From positions 1-55,970 of the IMG/VR virus record IMGVR_UViG_3300025162_000062: DNA of 55,970 bases, one strand, 5' to 3'. The DNA comes from a virus. Lineage: Duplodnaviria > Caudoviricetes. Of this stretch, positions 19,579 through 30,300 are shown piece by piece; the first letter of the stretch is position 1, and each line of letters opens with the position of its first letter. The notes beneath the pieces were generated by a model. It did not search any database, had not been told where the DNA came from, and worked only from the letters and a program-made list of their open reading frames with translations. Made by a program: the position numbers and the translations under genes.

Positions 19579-20709
19579 ATGTTAATAACAAAAAAAATTA
19601 ATATTAAAATAGCAAATAAAAATATTGAGCATTTTAATAACTTAGGATACCATTCTAAAAATGGTGATATTATTGAAGTTAATACTGAAGATTTAATGAG
19701 AACAAGCAAATATAAAATAAAAGTTGTTTGTGATATATGTGGAAAAGAAAAAGAAATTCAATATCAAAGTTATTTTAAACAACATGAAAACCAGACTTAT
19801 GATACTTGTCAAAAATGTAAAACCGTAAAAAGGAAGAAAACAATGTTAAAAAAATATGGTGTTGAGCACGCTTTACAAAGTAAAGATTTAATGAATAAGG
19901 CAAAAAACACTATGTTAGAAAGATATGGCGTTGAATTTTCAGCAAACAGTATTGAAATTCAAGAAAAAAATAAGAAAACCATAAAAGAAAAATATGGAGT
20001 AGAATATATAACACAATCAGAAGAATTTAAAGATAACTCTAAAAAATCAAAAAAAGAAAAATATAATAATGAACATTATAACAATTACAATCAAATAAAA
20101 AAGACAAAAAAAGAAATTTATAATGATGAATATTATAATAATAGAAAAAAATCAGATAAAACTTGCTTAGAAAAATATGGTTGTGAAAATATTTCTCAAT
20201 CAGAAGTAATTAAAAATAAAAAGAAACAAACATCATTTAAAAATTATGGTGTTGAACATCCATTAAAAACTTTTGAAATAATGGAAAAATTAAGAAATAC
20301 AAATATAGACAAACTTGGTGTACCATATCCAACAATGTCAAAAATTGTAACAGACAAAATAATAGAAACAAATATTAAAAACGGCAGATGGATAAAAATT
20401 GAAGATAGAACTGATTTTTATAAATATTATTTACTTGTTTGCAAGCACACACTTCAAAATAAAAAAGAATTATTATATAATTGGAATGGCAATGATTATT
20501 ATACAAATGAATATATTTTAGAAAATTTTAATTTAAATAGTAATGATAAAAAATATCCTACAATAGATCATAAAAAATCAATTAAATATGGGTTTGATAA
20601 TAATATATCATACACCGAAATATCACATATTGATAATCTATGTATAACTACTCGTTCTAATAATTCATCTAAAGGTGAAAAAATAGAAACAGAATTTAAT
20701 ATATACTAA
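19579..20709 (+). CDS. Putative homing endonuclease: Zn ribbon, KYGVE repeats, HNH domain
   Basis: CDICG, many (E/K)YGVE repeats, PTIDHKKS..NLCITTRSNNSSKG. Confidence 0.75.
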   Translation: MLITKKINIKIANKNIEHFNNLGYHSKNGDIIEVNTEDLMRTSKYKIKVVCDICGKEKEIQYQSYFKQHENQTYDTCQKCKTVKRKKTMLKKYGVEHALQSKDLMNKAKNTMLERYGVEFSANSIEIQEKNKKTIKEKYGVEYITQSEEFKDNSKKSKKEKYNNEHYNNYNQIKKTKKEIYNDEYYNNRKKSDKTCLEKYGCENISQSEVIKNKKKQTSFKNYGVEHPLKTFEIMEKLRNTNIDKLGVPYPTMSKIVTDKIIETNIKNGRWIKIEDRTDFYKYYLLVCKHTLQNKKELLYNWNGNDYYTNEYILENFNLNSNDKKYPTIDHKKSIKYGFDNNISYTEISHIDNLCITTRSNNSSKGEKIETEFNIY

Positions 20710-20710
20710 A

Positions 20711-20938
20711 ATGAAAAACATCAAAAGTAAGAAAGAATTCTTGAACGAAAATATAATAAATATTATAGAATTATCTAATCTTTCAACTACTTTAGGATTA
20801 GAAGCAGATGTTATATTAAAAATGTTACAAGACGAATTTAAAAATAATGGAGATGAAGGAATAATTAAAATATATAAAGAGATAACAGGAGTACCTCTAG
20901 AAGCTCTAGGTAAAGGTAGATATATTTTCAAAAAATAA
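20711..20938 (+). CDS. Hypothetical protein (MKNIKSKKEFLNE tag)
   Basis: ORF track. Confidence 0.6.
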   Translation: MKNIKSKKEFLNENIINIIELSNLSTTLGLEADVILKMLQDEFKNNGDEGIIKIYKEITGVPLEALGKGRYIFKK

Positions 20939-20947
20939 TTTAACAAA

Positions 20948-21178
20948 ATGCCAGCGAAAAGTAAAGCACAGCAAAGATTTATGGGAATGGTTCATGCAGC
21001 ACAAAAAGGCAAATTAAAAAATCCATCTCCTGAAGTAAAAAAAGTTGCAAAATCAATAGACAAAGATTCTGCAACACATTTTGCAGAAACTAAGCACAAA
21101 GGACTTCCTGAAAGAGTAAAGAAAAGAAAAAAGATTCATAGTTTTGAATCTTTTGTAAATGAAAAATATAAGTTATAA
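20948..21178 (+). CDS. DUF3008-like small basic protein
   Basis: MPAKSKAQQR..G..FAETKHKGLPE pattern. Confidence 0.7.
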   Translation: MPAKSKAQQRFMGMVHAAQKGKLKNPSPEVKKVAKSIDKDSATHFAETKHKGLPERVKKRKKIHSFESFVNEKYKL

Positions 21179-21794
21179 ATTATTTTTTATAATTTCTCTA
21201 ATATATTTCCAATCTTTCATATTACACTCTAATAGTTTTATTTTTTCATTATCACAATAATCAAGATTTATCCACCAGTCTTCATAAGGATTATTACAGA
21301 TAAATAAGTCACCATCATTTCCAATATCTGAGCATAATAATTTATATCCTTTTTTTGTAAAAATATTTCTTGATAATTCTCTTTTATTTGAGCCACCATT
21401 ATAAAAATCATGTTCAAACGTCATTATCTTAAATTTATAATTATCAAAATCAAAATCATTTAATACATTATATGTTGCAGAATCAACATCAAAAAGAAAT
21501 ATAATCAATCAAATTTGGTACATTATTTTCTGTTAAAATATCATTTATATTATTTGTTAGTAAATCTTTACAAATAAATGTACATTTTCTATTACTATAA
21601 TCATATTTTTCTAAATCAATACACAATCCTGACCACCCTTTATTTTCTAAAAAATAAGTATTATTGATATTTTCTGGATCACTAGAACCAATATCTAAAA
21701 AATATCCATTGTTAATATTTAAAATAAAATATACAAAAATATCTTGAAATGCTTGGGATTTACTAAATTTAATGTCATTTATATTCATAATCAA
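21173..21794 (-). pseudogene. FkbM-like methyltransferase split by a 1-nt frameshift
   Basis: FLDIGS..NNTYFLE..GW in the 5' ORF; removing one base from the A5 run at 21491-21495 restores IDYISFDVDSAT..MTFEHD. Confidence 0.75.
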
Positions 21795-23002
21795 TCTATT
21801 ATTTTAAATTTTGGACAAGGTAAAATAAATTTACCACCACCAAGAAGATAATCTTTTTCTCTTTTTTCAAATTCATTGATAAAATGCCAGGGCAATATTA
21901 ACAAATAATCTGGATTAACCTTACGCATTTCATCATCAGAATATATCGGTATATTAGTTCCAGAAGTTTTCAAACCCCATTTATATGGATTTCTATCAGA
22001 AATACCATCTATTAATGTATTATCCAATCCAAAATATTGCAAAAGAGTACTACCTTTTGTAGATGCACCATATCCCCAAACACTTTTACCTTCTTCTTTA
22101 GCTTTTTTAACAAAATCTAAAGTTATATCTTTCAATTCATTTATTCTATTATAAAAATCAATCCAAGTATTAACTGAATCTAAATTTAGAGTTGATTCAT
22201 AGTTCAATAATGAATTTATTCTAAAATTACAAACATCCCTATATGGTTGAGTGTAAAAAGATTTTTCTTTACCACTTTTTTTAATATACAATCTAAAAGA
22301 TCCACCATTAACATCATTTAACTGGCAATCTACAACAGAAAACCCATTTTTTTCAAGAAGTTTTTTAATATTAAATAATGAATAATAGTAAGTATGCTCA
22401 TGACAGATATTATCAAATGCTAATTGTTCAATCATTAATGGAGTATAACTCATTTGCATAATTAACAATCCATCATCATCTAATACTTTATTGATATCTT
22501 GTAAAAAAATATCAGGCTTATCTAAATCATAAAACATGGCTATAACAGTTATAATTTTAGCTTTAATATGCCCAAATTTACATTTACTATAAGATTCCTC
22601 AGTAAAAAAATCTTGAATCACCAAATTAGCTTTTTTCTTAGACTCATTAAAGTAAGAATCATCTGCTGGGTCTATACCAATTTTTATTATATCATCTGGT
22701 ATAAACTCAAACATAGTTCCATCATTACAGGCGATATCTATCCAAACATCATTTGGAGAAAAATTAGAAACTTTTACAATAGAATCAACAATACTTTTTA
22801 GTTCAGCCCTCATTGTTTGATTAATACCTGAACGATACCAATATTTTCCATACATAGAATCTAATGGTGCGCATTCATTTAATCTAACCGCTCCATTTTC
22901 ATCTAGGATTAATTTTAATTCATATTTTTTTTGTTCCGTATTATTATCGATAGATAAAAAATCAGATATATTTAATTTGCCTAAAGAAAAAAGTTCTTTC
23001 AT
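21791..23002 (-). CDS. NDP-sugar C-methyltransferase-like protein
   Basis: YWYRSGIN, DIACNDG, FDNICHEH.YYS, GYGASTKG, PDYLLILPWHF. Confidence 0.88.
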   Translation of the reverse strand: MKELFSLGKLNISDFLSIDNNTEQKKYELKLILDENGAVRLNECAPLDSMYGKYWYRSGINQTMRAELKSIVDSIVKVSNFSPNDVWIDIACNDGTMFEFIPDDIIKIGIDPADDSYFNESKKKANLVIQDFFTEESYSKCKFGHIKAKIITVIAMFYDLDKPDIFLQDINKVLDDDGLLIMQMSYTPLMIEQLAFDNICHEHTYYYSLFNIKKLLEKNGFSVVDCQLNDVNGGSFRLYIKKSGKEKSFYTQPYRDVCNFRINSLLNYESTLNLDSVNTWIDFYNRINELKDITLDFVKKAKEEGKSVWGYGASTKGSTLLQYFGLDNTLIDGISDRNPYKWGLKTSGTNIPIYSDDEMRKVNPDYLLILPWHFINEFEKREKDYLLGGGKFILPCPKFKIID

Positions 23003-23048
23003 ACTTACATTTATTTTTATTTAGTTTTTAATCAAGTAGTTGTTTTGT

Positions 23049-23828
23049 TTAATAAGTAAATTTTTTACTTCTTTGATTAAAATTTGGACCAAAATAACCA
23101 CAAAATCCTTCTGGTGCTATTGTTATTTTTCTATCATTTAACCAACCAGCCCACCAAGAAAAAGTTGAACTTGTTGTTATTAAATAATCGCTAAAACACA
23201 ATAATTTAAAATCAATTTTATAATTGTTTGAAATTACACTATCAATATTACTGATACCTAGATTATGATTAGTTATAATTACATCTTCCTCATCAAAATA
23301 ATTATGAGCATCATTAACATCATTTGTTATAACAACAAATTTTATATTATTATCTATTTCTAATATTTTAGATTTTGCATAATCATAATATGATCTATTT
23401 TGTTTCCAACTTGGTGGATATTGACCACCTCTAAAATGAATATAACAAAATTTATCATATGGATATTTAGAGATTACACTTTCATATATTGCATTATCGG
23501 ATTCGTTTAATTCTATTTTAAACCATTCTTTTATATTAGCTTCATTATAATCAAAATATTTCTCACTTTGAAAAAAACCATATAATTCTGTATTATCCCT
23601 AATATCTAAAATTTCAGGTTTGAAATATCCAGGACCTTCAGTGATATGATTGCTTATATTACCTATATCTTCGCCAAAACTCAATTTAGGAAAAATGTCC
23701 CTAAATAATGAACCGTCAGCACCACTCTCAATATAAAATTTATAATTATATTTTTCAGCCAATGTTCTACACACTGCATACTGAAACATTTGATTACCTA
23801 AATATCCAGCAAATTTTATTTTTATCAT
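23049..23828 (-). CDS. GT11 alpha-1,2-fucosyltransferase-like
   Basis: GYLGNQMFQYA, GFFQSEKYF, HFRGG, STFSWWAGWL. Confidence 0.88.
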   Translation of the reverse strand: MIKIKFAGYLGNQMFQYAVCRTLAEKYNYKFYIESGADGSLFRDIFPKLSFGEDIGNISNHITEGPGYFKPEILDIRDNTELYGFFQSEKYFDYNEANIKEWFKIELNESDNAIYESVISKYPYDKFCYIHFRGGQYPPSWKQNRSYYDYAKSKILEIDNNIKFVVITNDVNDAHNYFDEEDVIITNHNLGISNIDSVISNNYKIDFKLLCFSDYLITTSSTFSWWAGWLNDRKITIAPEGFCGYFGPNFNQRSKKFTY

Positions 23829-24779
23829 TTAATTAATTATTTTTTCAAAAAAATTTAATACATTTTCAAAATTAAATTGTGACTTACTTATATCTAATAT
23901 AGAAGGTTGATTTAGCATTTCTAAATATAAATCATCATTATTATCTAATTCAATTATTTTTTCTATCATTTTTTCATCATCATTAAAATCATACCAATTT
24001 ATAAAACTTTTATTATTAAATTCTTCATGAATTCTATTATACCCCCAATAAAGAGGTATTGTTTTAGATACTAATGGTTCTAAAATTTTTTCAGATGTAT
24101 TTTCATCACCAAAATATACCCAATTATCCCAATCTAATATTGTACCACAAGATGGTAATTTTCCATCATTATTTTCAAATGCAAATGTAAATTTATAATT
24201 TTTAATAAAATTACATTTTTCAAAAGATTGTCCACCAATACTAACAACATCAATATCTTTATATTTTGAAAGTTTATTCTTAAAATCAAGTCTCTTATGC
24301 CAAAATGGTAAATTTCTGTGCATAAAAGCACAAAACTTCTTATTTTTTATATCTTCTTTTGTATAATTTTTAGTTTCTGCTAATTGATTAAAATCTCTTA
24401 ATCTACCATCTAATATCATCTGATATGCATACAATAAATATAATGGAAATCTAAAATATTCATCACCGTCTAAATAATATGGATTCAACATATAATCACA
24501 ACTATCAATTGAAATATAAAACCTATCGTGTGGCTCATAATATTTTTTAAAGTCTTTTTTATGATATATGACAGGCTCTTGTGTAAAAAAAATCTTAACA
24601 CAATTTTTAAATCTTGATAAATTATCTGTGGTTAATGTGTAAAATAGTAAATCTGGATTTTCATTATCTATAATTACTTCATATTTTTTTCTTAAAACAT
24701 AAAGAAAAATATTATCTCTATGAAAATCTGGATAATTTGGATCTGTCCAATTATAAAAACAAACTTTAATTTTCTTCAT
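23829..24779 (-). CDS. GT10 alpha-1,3-fucosyltransferase-like
   Basis: KFCAF, YKFTFAFEN, SEKI..P..TIPLYWG, FNNKSFIN. Confidence 0.88.
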   Translation of the reverse strand: MKKIKVCFYNWTDPNYPDFHRDNIFLYVLRKKYEVIIDNENPDLLFYTLTTDNLSRFKNCVKIFFTQEPVIYHKKDFKKYYEPHDRFYISIDSCDYMLNPYYLDGDEYFRFPLYLLYAYQMILDGRLRDFNQLAETKNYTKEDIKNKKFCAFMHRNLPFWHKRLDFKNKLSKYKDIDVVSIGGQSFEKCNFIKNYKFTFAFENNDGKLPSCGTILDWDNWVYFGDENTSEKILEPLVSKTIPLYWGYNRIHEEFNNKSFINWYDFNDDEKMIEKIIELDNNDDLYLEMLNQPSILDISKSQFNFENVLNFFEKIIN

Positions 24780-24785
24780 AAATAA

Positions 24786-25472
24786 TTATTTTTTTGCTAA
24801 TATCCAACATTGACAAGGTCTTTCAAATACATTATATGTAGGGCACTGACCCATAAAAGGCCAATTATTTTTAAAAAATACAGATTCTATATATTCAAAA
24901 TTACCCCATTGACCAATTTCAAGAACTTGAAATCCTGTCTGTTTTAATAAACAACCCAATCCAACAGGCGTAAATCCTGTAATATAATTATCTGGATATC
25001 CATGAATAAGATTTAATGTTGGCACATTACAATAAAAGTAGGCTCCTTCAGCAAGATGTTCATATATTTTTTCTAAGCATAAAAAAGGATTATATAAATG
25101 TTCTAAAATCTGATTAAGCATTACAAAATCATAATCATTATCAGGTATATCTATTTTATGAAGATCATATTTTTCTGGATCGTCATCATAATTAAAATTG
25201 ACAATTCTTTCAGGTATTAAAAACTTTAATTCTGGATCTTGAGCAGCACCTTGACAAGCATTAAAAGCCAACATTTTTTTTGGCTCAATATTATATTTTT
25301 GTACATATTTTTCAAATTCTTGAACTGCAATAATTCTTGGAACTTCTCTATCAATCCAAGTCCATTTTTCAGGTTCATTTGGTAAATTATTATACCTCAT
25401 TAAATATTCTTGCGTTCTATTTTTTAACACCAAATCATAAATATCTGTTATTTCATTTCTCTCTAATATCAT
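24786..25472 (-). CDS. SAM-dependent methyltransferase (type 11-like)
   Basis: YDFVMLNQILEHLYNP..L..GA..NVP..HGYP. Confidence 0.75.
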   Translation of the reverse strand: MILERNEITDIYDLVLKNRTQEYLMRYNNLPNEPEKWTWIDREVPRIIAVQEFEKYVQKYNIEPKKMLAFNACQGAAQDPELKFLIPERIVNFNYDDDPEKYDLHKIDIPDNDYDFVMLNQILEHLYNPFLCLEKIYEHLAEGAYFYCNVPTLNLIHGYPDNYITGFTPVGLGCLLKQTGFQVLEIGQWGNFEYIESVFFKNNWPFMGQCPTYNVFERPCQCWILAKK

Positions 25473-26296
25473 TTCATATCATTTATTTTTTCTATCATAT
25501 AACTGGCTACAGATTCTTCTGATAACTTTTCTTTATAATACTTTAAATTTCTTTCATATATATCATCAACATTTAATGATAAAATATATGAAATCAAATC
25601 CTCAGTTAAATCAAACCAAGAGTTAATTAAAAAAACTGGACAATCTTTATAATACCAAAGATCGTCTTTTCTTGTTGAAATCACAATACATCCACTACCA
25701 AATGCTTCCACAAATCTAAATGTATCAACACTAGTTCCATCAGGAGCCAATGCTATTTTAGTGTCCCCTAATATCTTATAATAATCATCAATAGGTATTC
25801 CTGTTCTAAATGATGAGTTAGTTTGATTTAATATAGTAAATTTATTGCTAAATTTATTCAATCTATCCACTAACACAGCTCTATCATAATTACATGGCTG
25901 ACCAGAATAAAATATATCATATTTTCTTTCACTTATTTTCTTTTCAGGATACATTCTAACCATTTTTTTAGTTCTATCGCTATGCATCGTCCAATTATAC
26001 CCTATTGGAATAGGAAATATTCTCTTATCATCAAATCTTCCAATTCTATTAAATATTCTAAAAACAGCAACAACATTCTGATTTGGATATGGATTCATAC
26101 CAAAATTACCTAATTCATCTCCTGTAAGAATAACAATTTTTGGATATTTAGTTTCTGGAACAATTCTAAGATTTGGTGTAATAACTATTGAATAGTCGCC
26201 TGTTAATTTATCTATTAAAATATCAACAATTCTATTTAAATACTTAGTTTCACACCAAAAATCTTCATCTATCTCATAATAAATTTTTTCTATCAT
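25469..26296 (-). CDS. GT47/exostosin-like glycosyltransferase
   Basis: YDIFYSG, KIALAPDG..DTFRFVEA..GCI. Confidence 0.75.
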   Translation of the reverse strand: MIEKIYYEIDEDFWCETKYLNRIVDILIDKLTGDYSIVITPNLRIVPETKYPKIVILTGDELGNFGMNPYPNQNVVAVFRIFNRIGRFDDKRIFPIPIGYNWTMHSDRTKKMVRMYPEKKISERKYDIFYSGQPCNYDRAVLVDRLNKFSNKFTILNQTNSSFRTGIPIDDYYKILGDTKIALAPDGTSVDTFRFVEAFGSGCIVISTRKDDLWYYKDCPVFLINSWFDLTEDLISYILSLNVDDIYERNLKYYKEKLSEESVASYMIEKINDMK

Positions 26297-27183
26297 AACA
26301 ATTGTTTTATTTTTTGATACATCACACCAAATAAACCATCTGAAGTGTGATCTGTCAATAAAGTTAAATCTGCATCGGATTCAAAATACCAATTATCATA
26401 AATATTATCAGAAATTGTAATGAATTGTTTATTTTTAATAAAATTTTCTTTAACCATAGTGAAACAATAAGAACCAGATGGTCTACCGACTATAATATCA
26501 CATTTTGTGGATAAATAACTATTCTCATTCATATCACAATCTAACTTGATTATATCAGATGTATAAGCAACATTTTCTTTATTTATATTAGTTTTCATTG
26601 TTAAAAAAAATAAAACATTTGGATATTTTTCTGATAATTTTTCAACAACAGAATCTGTATCTAATGCTATTCTTATAGTTAAAGGAATATTATTATTAAT
26701 CATAACTTTTAGATCATACTTTGAATTTGATATAAATTCATCAATATTATTTTTTTCTACAAAATTAAAATCAATTTCTGGTAAATAATAATCAATTTTT
26801 TCAATAGGAATATCTAGAGTATTAAAAATATCTTGATATAATTCATATAATGAGTATAATGAACAATAGTGTCTATCTCTATTTCTATTTAAACCAGACT
26901 TAGTTAGCCAATCTTGTTGACCCACCCAAGTATTAATATAAATATCACTATTTTTTATTACCTGATCATAATATGATATTGGATAAGCACTAATTAAATT
27001 CCAATTCACAAAACTAGAAAATGCTTTATCATGTTTAAGATTTTGTATATCTTTCAATATTTTTGGATTGTTATTGTGCAAATAGCAATAATCATTATTT
27101 GGCATTTTTTTCATAATATCTCTAACAAAACTTCTAGAATAATGTACATCACCATTATGAAATGTGTTATAAAAATATATCAT
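26293..27183 (-). CDS. Putative GT-B glycosyltransferase (GT9-like)
   Basis: N-terminal HNGDV and CDIIVGRPSG motifs; operon context. Confidence 0.45.
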   Translation of the reverse strand: MIYFYNTFHNGDVHYSRSFVRDIMKKMPNNDYCYLHNNNPKILKDIQNLKHDKAFSSFVNWNLISAYPISYYDQVIKNSDIYINTWVGQQDWLTKSGLNRNRDRHYCSLYSLYELYQDIFNTLDIPIEKIDYYLPEIDFNFVEKNNIDEFISNSKYDLKVMINNNIPLTIRIALDTDSVVEKLSEKYPNVLFFLTMKTNINKENVAYTSDIIKLDCDMNENSYLSTKCDIIVGRPSGSYCFTMVKENFIKNKQFITISDNIYDNWYFESDADLTLLTDHTSDGLFGVMYQKIKQLL

Positions 27184-27201
27184 TTTTTTATTTTTTATTT
27201 T

Positions 27202-27894
27202 TTATCTTATAGAACTTTTATATTGACCAAGTTGACTACCTTGACATACTAATCCAGGTTCCCACCAATATACTTTTAAATCTAACTGTTTTATAAAGTA
27301 TGCTAAATCAAAATCAAAAGCGTGTGAAAAATCAGAAATTGTATTTTTTAATTTTTTAGCGGCATTCAACGATAATATATAAGCGTCTACAGTCCTTGTC
27401 TTAGGGTGATTCACTTTTTCATAAACCATATCTCCATTTATTTTTATAGGATGAGAATTATCATATGGCACATGAACATCTAATAAATACACAGAAAAAC
27501 TTGAACCTAAAAATATAATATCAAAATCTTTAGGTGTTTTATTTAATAAATAATCAAAATTTTGAAAATTTTGATTAAAAATTACATCATCTTCTAATAT
27601 TAAAGAAGTATTATAATTATTTTCCACTATTTTTTCAATAGCCTTTAAATGTGAAAATGAATTACAAATTTCAGACACTCTCAATTCTCTAAATTCTGGA
27701 ATTTCTTTATATATTCCTAAACATCTATTATTCCATTTCTCAGGATCTACTTTATACCACTTTGATATTAAATCTTTATCAATTGTGTTTCTATCAAATT
27801 CTTCTATAAATTCTACATTACCAAGATTTGATATAATATAATTTTTTCTTTCTACTAATTCTTTCCAATGAATTATAAATACTTTATCTATCAC
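27202..27894 (-). CDS. GT25 glycosyltransferase
   Basis: ERK, SEICNSFSH, LILEDDV, AYILS..AAKKL. Confidence 0.85.
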   Translation of the reverse strand: MIDKVFIIHWKELVERKNYIISNLGNVEFIEEFDRNTIDKDLISKWYKVDPEKWNNRCLGIYKEIPEFRELRVSEICNSFSHLKAIEKIVENNYNTSLILEDDVIFNQNFQNFDYLLNKTPKDFDIIFLGSSFSVYLLDVHVPYDNSHPIKINGDMVYEKVNHPKTRTVDAYILSLNAAKKLKNTISDFSHAFDFDLAYFIKQLDLKVYWWEPGLVCQGSQLGQYKSSIR

Positions 27895-28735
27895 AAACTT
27901 CTATTATTTTTTTAGAACAGCCAACATAATCAAAATATTCATTATATATTCTTTTACCATTGTCCAAATATCTATTTATATCAGAATCAGTTTTTGATTT
28001 TAATATATTTGGTATATTTTTGATATCATCTTTATCAATTAAAATACCAATATCTTCAAAATCAAATTCATTTTTCCAAGGAATCCAAGGATTATCAAAA
28101 ATATAAACTGGTATTGATCCATATTGCAATGATTCACAAATTCTAAAAGATGTTGAACCATATCCTCTTGGACATAATGAAAATATATTTCTTTCCATAA
28201 CCTCTGAAAATCCATTATAACTTAAAGAGTTACTTATAAAAAATCCTGGTTGTCCAAACAACTCCTTAACCATAATATCTCTAACTTCATGCCTACCATT
28301 TAAAGCACCTACAAATCCAGCAAGTATATCTTTATTTCTAACTTTAATATTTGGATTAGGTTTACAAATTAAAGGAATTTCAACTCCTAAATTTTTTCTT
28401 GGTACATTTTTCTTACCTCCGCCACCTGAACCATATACTATAATATCCAAATCTTTTAAATCTTGTAAAATTCCATCATCATATTGTAATACAGTGAAAT
28501 ATTTTTTACTTCTATCTAAGGAATCTAAAAAATATTGCAAATCTGACATATCGTATTCCGCATTACCCCTACTTAAATAAAAATTTGTCCAAAGAATTGG
28601 CAAATAAATAAGCTCTGTTTGAATATTATTATTTATCATATATTGATAAAAAAAATCTTCAAAAATTACATCATTAAATGGAGGATACGTGTGATTTGTT
28701 TTTACTATAAATTTCGTTGGTGTATCTTGAATCAT
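27884..28735 (-). CDS. GT47/exostosin-like glycosyltransferase
   Basis: FVG, FSLCPRGYG.TSFRICESL..GSIPV. Confidence 0.82.
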   Translation of the reverse strand: MIQDTPTKFIVKTNHTYPPFNDVIFEDFFYQYMINNNIQTELIYLPILWTNFYLSRGNAEYDMSDLQYFLDSLDRSKKYFTVLQYDDGILQDLKDLDIIVYGSGGGGKKNVPRKNLGVEIPLICKPNPNIKVRNKDILAGFVGALNGRHEVRDIMVKELFGQPGFFISNSLSYNGFSEVMERNIFSLCPRGYGSTSFRICESLQYGSIPVYIFDNPWIPWKNEFDFEDIGILIDKDDIKNIPNILKSKTDSDINRYLDNGKRIYNEYFDYVGCSKKIIEVCDR

Positions 28736-28744
28736 ATTAATAAA

Positions 28745-29506
28745 TTATTTTTGCCAATTTGTATGCCATAAATGAAGACAATATGAATTTTCATTCAAAA
28801 AACTATAAATAAATCTCCTAGATTCCTCACCATCATCTACATTATGTCTGTAAACAGCAGGAAAAGGAAATAAAAATTTTGTAGGAAATATAACAACATT
28901 ATCATCATTATTTATAGTATCAAAAAATATTCTTGTTATAAAATATGGTCCAGTATTATTCATAACACCATTAATATCATCTACAAATGTTGTTTTTTTC
29001 TGCAATTCTGACACCAAATTAGCTACGTATTTATGATTAGGTATAGATGCCATAATACTATTAAAAACTTCTGGTTCTTGTACATGCCCATTACCAGCGA
29101 AAAAATCCAAATAACACAAATCATCAAATGACTTAATAAAATCAAAATCAACATCAACATACAAACCACCCATTCTTTCTAATATTTCATATCTTAAAAT
29201 GTCACTCTTTGCACCCAAATTTTTTATATTATTAAACAACTTAATATTTTTTAATCCAAACTCATCTACATCTTTATCAGTCCATAATTTATATTCCCAA
29301 TTAGGGTTAATTTTTTTTAATTTCTCTATATATGAACTATACCTTTTAGGTATTTCTCCGCCTAACCATATTTGATGTATAATTTTTGGAATTTTATCAA
29401 TTCTTTCTTTTTTTTCTAAAAAATTCTTATTATACAATTCTTCTAACAATGCCCATCTTTTATCACCATTTATGGAATTCACCATATTAATCAAATAATC
29501 ACTCAT
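28745..29506 (-). CDS. GT32 DXD glycosyltransferase
   Basis: IPKIIHQIWLG, SDILRYEIL..GGLYVDVD, TGP. Confidence 0.9.
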   Translation of the reverse strand: MSDYLINMVNSINGDKRWALLEELYNKNFLEKKERIDKIPKIIHQIWLGGEIPKRYSSYIEKLKKINPNWEYKLWTDKDVDEFGLKNIKLFNNIKNLGAKSDILRYEILERMGGLYVDVDFDFIKSFDDLCYLDFFAGNGHVQEPEVFNSIMASIPNHKYVANLVSELQKKTTFVDDINGVMNNTGPYFITRIFFDTINNDDNVVIFPTKFLFPFPAVYRHNVDDGEESRRFIYSFLNENSYCLHLWHTNWQK

Positions 29507-30300
29507 AATTCACTTAAATAATTTTTATAAATATAATCTTCAAGCACTTCTATCTCTAACACCTTTTCAAAATTTTCCTTGATAAAATCTATTTTAGAAT
29601 AATATAAATCTGGTGTCAAATCATCAAAATTTAAATCATCTAACTTTATTATACCATTTAAATTAAAATAGTTTGAAATATTATCTGTGCCGTAATATAT
29701 TGGAATAGTTCCGCTAGCAAAACAATCTAAAATTTTTTCTGTAAAATAATCATCATATTTAGAATTTTCGATTGCAACAGAAAACATATAATCAATTATA
29801 CCTTCATCTTTAATTTTTATTTCATTAAATCCTCTACCAAAAATATCAAATTTGCCTTTATTTTCAGATATAAATTTCAATCTAAGTCTCTGACCAGATG
29901 TAACACCTTTATTAGAAGACACCATTGACAATAATTTATGTTTATCATAAATTTTTGGGGTTTCTATCCAGAATCCCATTGCTGGAACAAATTTAATTTT
30001 ATCGGAATTAATTTTAATAAGATCCTGATTCATGGTAAATATTAAATCAAATTTATCTAACATTAGATTAATATTTTTACTTATAAAATCAATATTAAAA
30101 ATTGCACTTGATTCTAAATTCCAAGCATACTTTTTACCATTGAAATTATCTCTAAGACCTTGATATATTCCATCATCAACATAAAATGACACATTTTCAG
30201 AGTAATCATTTTTATTCCATTCAATAAATTTAGATTTCTTCCACCAAGTAGAAGAATGAGCGTGTTGAAATGGACCACCTATTAAATTATATTTTAACAT
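29503..30300 (-). CDS. GT10-like glycosyltransferase
   Basis: YMFSVAIEN..YFTEKILDCF..GTIPIYYG. Confidence 0.82.
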   Translation of the reverse strand: MLKYNLIGGPFQHAHSSTWWKKSKFIEWNKNDYSENVSFYVDDGIYQGLRDNFNGKKYAWNLESSAIFNIDFISKNINLMLDKFDLIFTMNQDLIKINSDKIKFVPAMGFWIETPKIYDKHKLLSMVSSNKGVTSGQRLRLKFISENKGKFDIFGRGFNEIKIKDEGIIDYMFSVAIENSKYDDYFTEKILDCFASGTIPIYYGTDNISNYFNLNGIIKLDDLNFDDLTPDLYYSKIDFIKENFEKVLEIEVLEDYIYKNYLSEL

